From: a virus
Lineage: Duplodnaviria > Caudoviricetes
DNA length: 64,000 nt
Direction: 5' to 3' (one strand)
IMG/VR virus record: IMGVR_UViG_3300012344_000001
Coordinates: 1 to 64,000 of that record
The stretch's first letter is position 1. Every line of letters begins with the position of its first letter. Below are positions 28,016 through 36,225 of this stretch, piece by piece. Below the pieces are notes generated by a model, which had not been told where the DNA came from, did not search any database, and was given only the letters and a program-made list of their open reading frames with translations. Both the position numbers and the translations under genes were made by a program.

Positions 28016-28843
28016 TTACGCGGTAATGTCGTCGGTATCGTAAATGAAAATATCCCACAGAACAGGGGACTCGCAGGACTTCAGCGCTTCGAAGCTAATC
28101 GCGTGAACGGCGGGGTCGCCATCTGCGGACAGGTCGATAGACCATTCCTCACTGGCCTTAGCCTTGTAGATAACCAGCATACCAACGTAGTCCTTGCCAG
28201 AACAAGTGTCGCGGAACAGGGTCTTGCAGTGCAGACGAACGTTCTTCGCGAAGACTTCGGTGGAGTTGGAAATCTGCTTGGCGGAACTGATGGCAGGGTG
28301 GTAGACAACAAGAATCTTGCTGCCCTGCGGAACTTCACCAGCATTGAACGCAAGTGTCTTGGTTGCAGAAGCATAGGTGAACTTGCCAGCGGCGATAGTG
28401 CTGTCCTGCTCGAAGGTCTTGGCAACAGTGCCATCTTCGTTCAGGAGATAAGCAAAGCCAATTTCCTTACCAGCGTCACCCTTGGCGGTGTAGGTCGTGT
28501 TGACTTCATCGGCCTTAGCAGAAGCGACAAGAACTTCGTCAAACGGAATATCCTGAGTGTTGGTCAGCGTAACAACGCCAGAACCGGTCTGGATACCCAT
28601 AGCGCCTTCGGTAATGACGGCGTTTTCAATGCTAAGGGTGGACTCCTTAGAATGACTGAAGCCAATAATCTTGGGGTTGCCAACGCCGCCCTGCGCATAG
28701 ACCACAGTACCATTGTTGGACAGATTGGAGCTTTTCAGGTCTTCAAGACGCGCCTGGAGGCTACCATCTTCGAGACTGAAAGCATCAACAACGAAAATCT
28801 GCTGAACAGCAAACTTGGAAGTGTCGATTGCCAATGTAATCAT
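28016..28843 (-). CDS. Major tail tube protein
   Basis: VYAQGGVGNPKII.F.H.K and LSADGDPAVH motifs of SPbeta-like tail tubes; highly expressed codon usage. Confidence 0.8.
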   Translation of the reverse strand: MITLAIDTSKFAVQQIFVVDAFSLEDGSLQARLEDLKSSNLSNNGTVVYAQGGVGNPKIIGFSHSKESTLSIENAVITEGAMGIQTGSGVVTLTNTQDIPFDEVLVASAKADEVNTTYTAKGDAGKEIGFAYLLNEDGTVAKTFEQDSTIAAGKFTYASATKTLAFNAGEVPQGSKILVVYHPAISSAKQISNSTEVFAKNVRLHCKTLFRDTCSGKDYVGMLVIYKAKASEEWSIDLSADGDPAVHAISFEALKSCESPVLWDIFIYDTDDITA

Positions 28844-28858
28844 CCTCCTTGAAAGTAT

Positions 28859-29617
28859 TTAGGACATCCAGTTCAAATCTTCTTTGATTTTATTAAAGCT
28901 GGATGATTCAATGTTACCGGCATAGTAGCCGAAACATACATTGTCGTAAGATTTTATCTTGTTGATACGCAACAAGCCGTCGAAGAACTGATACAAGTAC
29001 AAGTTATAGACATCTTCAAATGTTCTTCCCGTTGCCCACACAAGGCTGGAAATTTGCGGAGCAAGAAAGCTTTTGTGCCCACGCTTCAATTCGCGCTTAC
29101 GTTTCTTTCTTTCTTCATTCACAAGAAACTTCATTGTCGTGTCGTTACCCGGATTGTATTCATCTTTTTCAGACTTGTTGTTCATATCCATAAGATATTT
29201 ACGAATTTGCGTATAAACGCCAATATCTATCTTTGCACCAGTAGACGGGCTGATAAGCAGTAGGTCTTCACCTTCTGCCGACAACATGAAATCTTCTATG
29301 CCAGTAAGCCAGCCTATCTGCTTACTTACTTGGCTTTCGGGGTTCCACATTATGTTGCCATCATCGTCCCTTGTCAAAGTTTCACCACAAAGCATTATGA
29401 ATACGTCATAAGCCTTTGTGTTTCTATAATCAATTCCGCTGTCATATAGCTCGACCATTAGGTCTGACGGCTTCAGTGTAAAAATATTTATCGCTGAAAA
29501 AACAAAGCTTTCGCCAAGTTCAATCACGTCGCTGATTTTAGGATGTCTGACCGTCAGATTGCCAAGCACAAGCGGCTTGCCAAGAAGAAGGTCAAGATTA
29601 TCCACAGTCGACACCAC
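28859..29617 (-). CDS. Tail assembly protein (SPbeta YomV-like)
   Basis: P.ISDV, YNPGND and L.LYQFFD...RI motifs; synteny. Confidence 0.55.
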   Translation of the reverse strand: MVSTVDNLDLLLGKPLVLGNLTVRHPKISDVIELGESFVFSAINIFTLKPSDLMVELYDSGIDYRNTKAYDVFIMLCGETLTRDDDGNIMWNPESQVSKQIGWLTGIEDFMLSAEGEDLLLISPSTGAKIDIGVYTQIRKYLMDMNNKSEKDEYNPGNDTTMKFLVNEERKKRKRELKRGHKSFLAPQISSLVWATGRTFEDVYNLYLYQFFDGLLRINKIKSYDNVCFGYYAGNIESSSFNKIKEDLNWMS

Positions 29618-30095
29618 CCATGTTACTAAGACTATAAATCATTCTATAGCCGTAGTACATATCACCAAAACGAAGCACCTTCGTACTAAGCGGCGTTACC
29701 TTCTTGATTGACATATCGCCAATCGTCTTGTTGTCAATCATCGCGTCAATCATGCTGCACACCGAATATGGACGAACTTCGCCATTTTCAAGAGGCCAGC
29801 AATCAAGATAGCAACCGACTTCAACATAAAGGAAGTCTTCCGAATAATACGGGTTATTTTCGGGTGGATTCGAATATCCCATATAGACATTTACAAATGT
29901 CTTCTGTTCGCCGACAGAATCAGCTTCGCGCGGCATCGGAAACACATTGTGCAAATAAATGTCAGACCATTCACTTGCCACTTCGTCGTATGGATTTGGG
30001 GCAGCATTGCTAATATAACGAAGAAGTTTGTCGTTGCCGCGAATCAGCTCAAAAATCTTATTGACAATGGAATTCCACTGCTTATAATAAGCCAT
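29598..30095 (-). CDS. Tail terminator-like protein
   Basis: Synteny between the head closure and tail tube genes. Confidence 0.5.
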   Translation of the reverse strand: MAYYKQWNSIVNKIFELIRGNDKLLRYISNAAPNPYDEVASEWSDIYLHNVFPMPREADSVGEQKTFVNVYMGYSNPPENNPYYSEDFLYVEVGCYLDCWPLENGEVRPYSVCSMIDAMIDNKTIGDMSIKKVTPLSTKVLRFGDMYYGYRMIYSLSNMGGVDCG

Positions 30096-30098
30096 TCA

Positions 30099-31433
30099 TC
30101 ACCACGCACCCTTCAACTTAATATTAGCGACAAATTCATGTTCGCCACTTCTACACACAACAAAGACAGTTCCGTCAGCGCGGCGGACGTTCTTTACACT
30201 GAACGAATTTCCATCAACGACGTTGAACTTGTAGCACGCATCGGGCACAGTCGTATCATCAGACACGGCGAAAGTAAACACGTCAGGTTCGACAAAGCCA
30301 TTCTTATACAAATAGCAGTCAAACGTGGTCGTGTCCCCCTGAAGAATACCATAGCTGTTTTCCGCATAAGGCGAAACAACAACCGTGTACACGTCGTCGG
30401 AAATCGCGGGAATATTTATAGCAATAGAATCGCGAACTTCGCGGTTGTCGTCAAGACATGCCGTGACCGTTACGAATCCATTATTCAAAATCGTGACGAT
30501 ACCACCATCAACAGTTGCAACATTTTCATCGCTGGAATACCAGACGATGGGTCTATCAACAATGGTTTTACCATTCTTCAAAACAGTCGCAGTAAGAACA
30601 ATACTATCACCGACAGAAGCAGAAATGTCGCCAACATCAATCTTAATAGAATATCTATTGGCATCTGCAATACCATTTACAAGGTCGTCAGTGTCTTCGT
30701 TCACATAGGACGCTTCCATAGTGACTTCCAGAAGACCAGCGGTCGTATTATCCCAATAAATTTCATTCATGAAATTATTGACACCAACCGAAACGATCTT
30801 GAATGCCGTCCACATGCCCGGTCTGCCAAAAAGAAGTCTTTGGTTCGGCCTTAACTGTTCGGATTCAATGTTATCCTGCATATATAATGTAGTGATACCA
30901 TTGATATACTTCAAACCAGTAAGCGCAACGTCCTTTTCACTGTTGATTTTATCGTCAAAAACACAAGGGATTTTGATTAACTGTCCGTGCGTATTATAGA
31001 AACGAATTTCGTTTGTACATCTGCGAATCTTTCCCTTCTGCTGATACAGCGTGGAAGAATCAAGTGCAATGCAAAGCCAAACGCTTCTAAGATTATCGTC
31101 GTGGTAGTCAAATGTAATGTAATCCCCTTGTTTCAAAACTGGTTCGCCATAAGGATACATTTGAACATACTTGTGTCCAACAATCTGTTCTTCTTCCGTA
31201 CCATCAAAAATCCACGCCTTGTACTGCTTCATCCCATAGGATTGACTGTGGTCAAGTTCGTGAAGGAAGTCTTGATGTTTAGACGAATCGTGAACGATGT
31301 ATATCGGCTTATAGTCGGGACTAATTTCAAACGTATCTTTCACATTATCAATTACGGTTTCTTCAAATCCGTTTCTTCCAATGCTTGCGTAGCAACCATC
31401 GACATTGCTGTGCGATTTAGGTCTTAGCGCCAT
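30099..31433 (-). CDS. Head closure protein with Ig-like (Big_2) domain
   Basis: WYSSDENVATVD.G.VT..G..TVTA Ig motif; synteny. Confidence 0.7.
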   Translation of the reverse strand: MALRPKSHSNVDGCYASIGRNGFEETVIDNVKDTFEISPDYKPIYIVHDSSKHQDFLHELDHSQSYGMKQYKAWIFDGTEEEQIVGHKYVQMYPYGEPVLKQGDYITFDYHDDNLRSVWLCIALDSSTLYQQKGKIRRCTNEIRFYNTHGQLIKIPCVFDDKINSEKDVALTGLKYINGITTLYMQDNIESEQLRPNQRLLFGRPGMWTAFKIVSVGVNNFMNEIYWDNTTAGLLEVTMEASYVNEDTDDLVNGIADANRYSIKIDVGDISASVGDSIVLTATVLKNGKTIVDRPIVWYSSDENVATVDGGIVTILNNGFVTVTACLDDNREVRDSIAINIPAISDDVYTVVVSPYAENSYGILQGDTTTFDCYLYKNGFVEPDVFTFAVSDDTTVPDACYKFNVVDGNSFSVKNVRRADGTVFVVCRSGEHEFVANIKLKGAW

Positions 31434-32098
31434 TAACTACCACCCCTGCCAGACAAGCCCATATAGTTATCTTCGCTTCCCTTATAGCTGTATTCAGATA
31501 TAAGAGAATCGACCATATGATACTTTTGATTTTCCCAGTTTTCATTCTGGGCAGTAAGGTGATTTGCCTGTGAAAAGAAACGCAATGACTTTCCCGTAAC
31601 GATGTACTTCATGGCGTTTTCGTCATTCTTCGATTCGGAAATATAGGGGACATTCATGCCTTCCGCAAGAATGTTAATTTCACGAACGTCCAAATCTGTA
31701 TTGAATTCGCCATAAGTATATGCCTTGATAATAAGACCAGAACCTGCTTCCGGTACGAAGTCTAATTTGACGGTCGTCCCATCAAAAGAAGAAGACGGCG
31801 TCATATCCATCTTTTCTTCATCTTCGATATACCAGCACACGTATTCAGAACCAGCGGGCGGCGCGGGGTCAAGAATAAATTCGTCTTCCTTGCCGTCGCA
31901 TTCAAATACGTATACGTTGGTTTCAGGGTCGGTCTTATCAGAAAGGTCTTTCCTGCAATCGTACATGAAGTACGAAATTGCAAACTTTAGATAGCCAAAA
32001 CGAATGGTGTTTAATTCGCAACCATCTAAATTCTTGAGCCTTGGGTCATTCTTTATCAGGTTGTTGGCTTTGTAAACTTCAAGAAAGCTTGTAGCCAT
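31433..32098 (-). CDS. Head-tail adaptor protein
   Basis: MATSF.EVY, DL...EINILA..M and FSQANHL motifs; synteny. Confidence 0.65.
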   Translation of the reverse strand: MATSFLEVYKANNLIKNDPRLKNLDGCELNTIRFGYLKFAISYFMYDCRKDLSDKTDPETNVYVFECDGKEDEFILDPAPPAGSEYVCWYIEDEEKMDMTPSSSFDGTTVKLDFVPEAGSGLIIKAYTYGEFNTDLDVREINILAEGMNVPYISESKNDENAMKYIVTGKSLRFFSQANHLTAQNENWENQKYHMVDSLISEYSYKGSEDNYMGLSGRGGS

Positions 32099-32121
32099 TA
32101 CACACCTCCGTTCTAAACATT

Positions 32122-32754
32122 TTAGCCAATGACAGAAATCATCGCCTTGTACAGACGAGTCGCCATATCAATTTCCATGTTGAAATACTTTTCAATCACC
32201 TTGCGGTTTTCGTATTTCATATTACCGAACGCGCCATTCATATTCATAATGACAATCTTATAGAAAAGCGCATTGACCACATCGGACTGGAACTTCTTAG
32301 AAGTAGAATCGTCAAAATAGTCAAGAAGCTGCTTTTCGGTGCCATTGCAGACAATGTCAACAAGCTTTTCATCACTCATATCAACACGCGAACGAATACC
32401 AAAGTTTTCATATTCGACAGGGTCAACAAAATAAATAATGTTGTTTGCAAGCAACTGCCTGTTGGTGTTGCTTTTCAGCAGAATATTCATATCTTCGGAA
32501 GAAATCGAAATAACGTCGCCAAACTTGATATCAATTTCGATATCACCAGAAGCAGAAGTCAGCGTAACGCCCATACAGGCATTGCAACCTACTTCAACAT
32601 TCCTACGACCATCCTTGTTAGAAGAAACCTTCCGGCGAAGACTTTCGTTCTCCGCCAGAAGGGTTTCGTTCATCTTAATCACAGCGTCAAGCTTTGCAAG
32701 GATGTCGCTATCAACAGTAGACTTCACAGTATTAGCCATTTCATAAAACCTCAA
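32122..32754 (-). CDS. Conserved protein downstream of the capsid (YonA-like position)
   Basis: Synteny only. Confidence 0.5.
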   Translation of the reverse strand: MRFYEMANTVKSTVDSDILAKLDAVIKMNETLLAENESLRRKVSSNKDGRRNVEVGCNACMGVTLTSASGDIEIDIKFGDVISISSEDMNILLKSNTNRQLLANNIIYFVDPVEYENFGIRSRVDMSDEKLVDIVCNGTEKQLLDYFDDSTSKKFQSDVVNALFYKIVIMNMNGAFGNMKYENRKVIEKYFNMEIDMATRLYKAMISVIG

Positions 32755-32774
32755 TTCTAAAAGTGTAGTCTAAA

Positions 32775-33896
32775 TTAGACCTTCTGAATACCGAAGTGCG
32801 CCTGAGTAGCAATAGCGGCGTCGAACGCCATGAAATACTGATACTCGCGACGATTGATGCTGTTGTTGGAAGCGGGGGTATTCATGACGCGGATGTAGTT
32901 TTCGCGAACCAGCTTCACGGGCTTGTCGCCAACATCGGGCATCAGGAAAATCTTGTCGTTGGGAACCAGCATGTTGACATTACCATCAGCATCACCAAGC
33001 GGCGCGGAACCGTCGGTAGCCTGATTCAGAACAACGTGAGGAATACCATAGGCGACAGGCAGGAAGCCAAGACGAAGAACTTCGTCCTGAGAAGCGAAGC
33101 CGTAGCCGGTGGTAGCGGTAGCACCCATCTTGTTAAGGGCGGGAAGCGTACCATAAGCCTTAACACCAGCATTGTTCAGAGCCTGAAGATAGGAAATGGT
33201 CAGGGTGTAGTTGTTGGCATTGAAGGTGGAACGATACAGCGGGGTGTTGGTGATAAGGTCGGTATTGGCGACCAGACCAACGCACAGCTTGTACTGCGCA
33301 TAAAGCAAAGACATAACGACGCGGGCACTTTCCTTACCCATGTCAATGTCACCCTTCAGCATACGGATAACGTCGATGGCGGAACCGGTGCTGTAAACCT
33401 TCGGGGTAACAGTGATGGCGGTCTTCGCAACACCCTCAAGGAAGGTGACATTGCTCATGTAGCTGTTACGCTGCGCAATGGGCAGACCCTTGGTCTCAAT
33501 GTCATAGGTCAGAGAACCACCGATGTCAACAGTATCGACATTGGCGAAAACGTTCATAGCCTGCGAATCGGTCTTGACCATGATACCAAGCAGAGATTCG
33601 GTAAAGATGGCGTTATACATAGACTCAAAGGTGGGATTATCGAAAGCATTCAGGATGTGACGAGTCTCGGTAATCTCGGAAATGCCAGCCTTGGCGCCAC
33701 AGTAAGAAAGAATAGCCTTGCGGGTTTCATCATTCTTCTGATTGTAGGCAGCAGAGTCATAGGAGAACTTGGTGACAAGACCGCTGGAAGCGTAGTCACG
33801 CGACATCGCAGAAAGACCCAGTTCGGTCAGATTGTCGATGATATTCTTGGCGTCGACATCCTTAGAGATGCCAGCGAAATAACGAAGTTCGTTCAT
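32775..33896 (-). CDS. Major capsid protein
   Basis: 373 aa, strongly biased codons, GDKPVKLV.E motif, located after the scaffold and decoration genes. Confidence 0.8.
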   Translation of the reverse strand: MNELRYFAGISKDVDAKNIIDNLTELGLSAMSRDYASSGLVTKFSYDSAAYNQKNDETRKAILSYCGAKAGISEITETRHILNAFDNPTFESMYNAIFTESLLGIMVKTDSQAMNVFANVDTVDIGGSLTYDIETKGLPIAQRNSYMSNVTFLEGVAKTAITVTPKVYSTGSAIDVIRMLKGDIDMGKESARVVMSLLYAQYKLCVGLVANTDLITNTPLYRSTFNANNYTLTISYLQALNNAGVKAYGTLPALNKMGATATTGYGFASQDEVLRLGFLPVAYGIPHVVLNQATDGSAPLGDADGNVNMLVPNDKIFLMPDVGDKPVKLVRENYIRVMNTPASNNSINRREYQYFMAFDAAIATQAHFGIQKV

Positions 33897-33918
33897 TATA
33901 GTGAATCCCCCTTTCTAA

Positions 33919-34449
33919 TTAGTCAACAACGGTCGCGACAACCGTGTCGATGAACTGGTAGCCGAACATACCGCCCATGCGGAAATGCTTCTGCGCCAGC
34001 ATCATAAGAGCAGACTTGGTGGTAGCAGTACGGGTCGCAGCAACCTTACCGGTATAAGCGCCGTCAACGGGCTCAATGTAGCTACCAGCAGCGAAAGCGC
34101 CGTCAATAACGTCAGTAGACAGTTCGAAATCAAGACCAGGAACCAGCATGATAGCAGTCACGACCTCGCCAGCCTGATAAACATACTGGGTGTAGTCGGG
34201 CCGACCCTCGGGACGACGACCGTCGGGAAGAGTCTCAAAACCGTCATTGATGATGATAGCCGCACGCAGACCAAGGTCGGCGGTAGCAGGCTGGGAACCA
34301 GTGTAGACCTGATAGTTGTCGGCGATGCTGGAATCAAGCGCCTTCAGCATGACGATATCGCCAGCGTGCAGGGTCTTGCCAGTGGGGACAGAAACCTTCT
34401 TGACAAGGTAATCAGGAACGCGAGGATTAGTCGCGCGGCAAAGATAATT
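33919..34449 (-). CDS. Capsid decoration/head protein (YonC-like position), exon 2
   Basis: Frame open from 34449 (NYLCRATNPRVPDYLVKK...) with no own RBS/start. Joins exon 1 ATG GCT to give 178 aa MANYLCRATNP... Confidence 0.85.
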   Translation of the reverse strand, partial: NYLCRATNPRVPDYLVKKVSVPTGKTLHAGDIVMLKALDSSIADNYQVYTGSQPATADLGLRAAIIINDGFETLPDGRRPEGRPDYTQYVYQAGEVVTAIMLVPGLDFELSTDVIDGAFAAGSYIEPVDGAYTGKVAATRTATTKSALMMLAQKHFRMGGMFGYQFIDTVVATVVD

Positions 34450-34580
34450 CCGTTGTGTTAGTCAAACTAACTTACTGCTTCATCGAGCTCTTTTTCGCAA
34501 AAGCTACTAAAGTCTTACAGCCCTTCACAGCATAGAGGTGCAACGACACCTTTAGACTGCAATCTTTTAACTTAGATTGC
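34450..34580 (-). ncRNA. Putative TnpB omega-RNA scaffold; guide would be the first ~16-20 nt of exon 2
   Basis: About 120-nt non-coding tract after the tnpB stop (contains AGGTG..CACCT hairpin), ending ...ACAACGG at the splice site. Position is as established for TnpB omega-RNAs. Confidence 0.65.
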
Positions 34581-35717
34581 ATATCTACTCAGGTTGATAG
34601 CAGCATTGTAATCACGGTCGATTGTAAAGCCACACACTTCACATTCGTACACGCGGTCGCCAAGTTTCAAGCTTTGCTTTATGTTTCCACAGCAAGAACA
34701 AGTCTTACTGCTTGGATAGAAACGGTCAGCTTGAACAAATTCAATCCCGCGCCATTCGCATTTATATCGCATCTGTCTGACAAATTCATGAAAACACTGT
34801 TCCTTAATTGCCACACCCAAATGCTTATTTTTCATCATGTCGACAACATCTAAGTCTTCCATTACCACCCTTGCCGGTAGTTTAGTAACCAAAAAATGCG
34901 TCGCTTGGTGAATATAATTCATGCGAATATTTGAAACGCGTGCATACAACTTACGAAGTTTTGCTTCTTCTTTCATAATATTATTCGTCTTTACAAACTT
35001 GTTCCCAACTCTGTTCTGTTCATATTTGCGCGAAATTGAACGCTGTATACGAACTATTTCCTTCTTCAACTTGCGTATCCGACAAGATTTGTTAATATTA
35101 TGAAATACGATTTGGTCTTCGTTAAATTCTGCCACCGCTAAATCTTTCAATCCAAGGTCTATGCCCATGCTTACATCCGTTAATTTAAGTGCTTGATTTT
35201 CGCACATCATGCCAAAGGACAGCATCCACTTACCATTCTTATTTGATATTCGTGGGTTTGTGAACTTGTGTCCTTTCCCCAAAGGCAATTCAAAGTCTGT
35301 TTTATAACGAACCTTACCAATTTTTTCTATTGAAACTTTCATATCTGAAAACCAGATATTTTCACGAATTGGAAATCTTAGCCCGTTCGACTTTCGACTT
35401 TTGAACTTTGGGTAACCGGATTTTTTATTAAAGAAATTTTGGTATGCTTTATCAAGGTCAAGACATATATAGCTAAGGCTTTTATTAGAAACGTCATATA
35501 ACCAATCGTGCAGACCATCGTTCTTTAATGGTTTAAGTAAGCTTATCATTGAAAATCCAGACAGATATTTCCCGCCATTTTTATACAGTTCTTGCTGGTA
35601 TGCCAACATATAGTTCCAGACGAACCTACAAGCACCCGCATGGCTTAACATCTTCTGTTCTTGTTCTTTTGTTGGGTATAACCTTATCTTATAAGATTTA
35701 ATATACATCGTTATCAC
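34572..35717 (-). CDS. tnpB: RNA-guided endonuclease TnpB (IS200/IS605/IS607 OrfB)
   Basis: KIRLYPT..Q HTH, RuvC-I GIDLG, RuvC-II MEDL, Zn finger CSCCG/CEVCG, RuvC-III DRDYNAAINL; catalytic triad intact. Confidence 0.95.
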   Translation of the reverse strand: MITMYIKSYKIRLYPTKEQEQKMLSHAGACRFVWNYMLAYQQELYKNGGKYLSGFSMISLLKPLKNDGLHDWLYDVSNKSLSYICLDLDKAYQNFFNKKSGYPKFKSRKSNGLRFPIRENIWFSDMKVSIEKIGKVRYKTDFELPLGKGHKFTNPRISNKNGKWMLSFGMMCENQALKLTDVSMGIDLGLKDLAVAEFNEDQIVFHNINKSCRIRKLKKEIVRIQRSISRKYEQNRVGNKFVKTNNIMKEEAKLRKLYARVSNIRMNYIHQATHFLVTKLPARVVMEDLDVVDMMKNKHLGVAIKEQCFHEFVRQMRYKCEWRGIEFVQADRFYPSSKTCSCCGNIKQSLKLGDRVYECEVCGFTIDRDYNAAINLSRYAI

Positions 35718-35924
35718 CTCCTCTTATTAGTTATAAGAGGAGACGGTGGGAACATACCCCACCATGCTTCTTCTCCTTTATCGGGTCGCTACCCCGTGAC
35801 ACTCCGTTTCGGAGTCTTTGCCTTTCGGCAAAGCGCAGACTATATCTTCATCCTTTCGGATGCCCACCACAGTCTTCGCCAATCGCTTGCGAAGCACTTA
35901 GTCGTTGAACCTTCTGCATTTTGC

Positions 35925-35981
35925 ATTATAGCATATTTTACAACGCTTGTCAATACTTTAGTTGTAAATATTTTATGAACA
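35925..35981 (-). promoter_or_regulatory. sigma70 promoter plus upstream direct-repeat operator inside the intron P6 loop
   Basis: Exact TTGACA-N17-TATAAT (35925-35953); TGTTCATAAAATATTTACAA at 35962-35981. Confidence 0.85.
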
Positions 35982-36195
35982 AAATACAGCTTGGCTGCTG
36001 ATTGCCCATTACGGGAAGCGTTTAGGGTTTAACCTTGCGCCATCCGGTATATTTTTTCTACTTTCGTCGCCATCACGCTTAGGATTTAACCTTACGTTGT
36101 GGCTATACCGGCTTTAGGGGTTTCCAGCAATTCAATGGGTATTTTTATCGAACACATTTCTGTGAACGTGACCTATCGAACACGATGGTTCATTA

Positions 36196-36201
36196 AGCCA
36201 T
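36196..36201 (-). CDS. Two-codon exon 1 (ATG GCT) of the decoration gene
   Basis: Preceded by a GAAAGGA RBS just after the scaffold stop; followed by TAA, the first intron bases. Confidence 0.85.
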
Positions 36202-36225
36202 AATAATTCAACATCCTTTCTTTAA

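Larger units (their letters stand above)
34450..36195 (-). mobile_element. Group I intron carrying TnpB (IStron-like, no TnpA), 1746 nt
   Basis: Core elements: P AAUUGCUGGAAA, Q AAUCAGCAGCC, R GUUCAACGACUA, S AAGAUAUAGUCU; P3 CCCAUU/GGUGGG. IGS GAUAGGUCA (36169-36177) pairs with exon 1 UGGCU (U.G) and exon 2 UAUC. Terminal G at 34450. Confidence 0.92.

Noticed and set aside
34572-35717. tnpB as a plain intergenic IS605 insertion or as a Cas12 of a CRISPR system
   Set aside because: It lies inside intron boundaries needed to rebuild the host gene; no tnpA, cas1/cas2 or array nearby.
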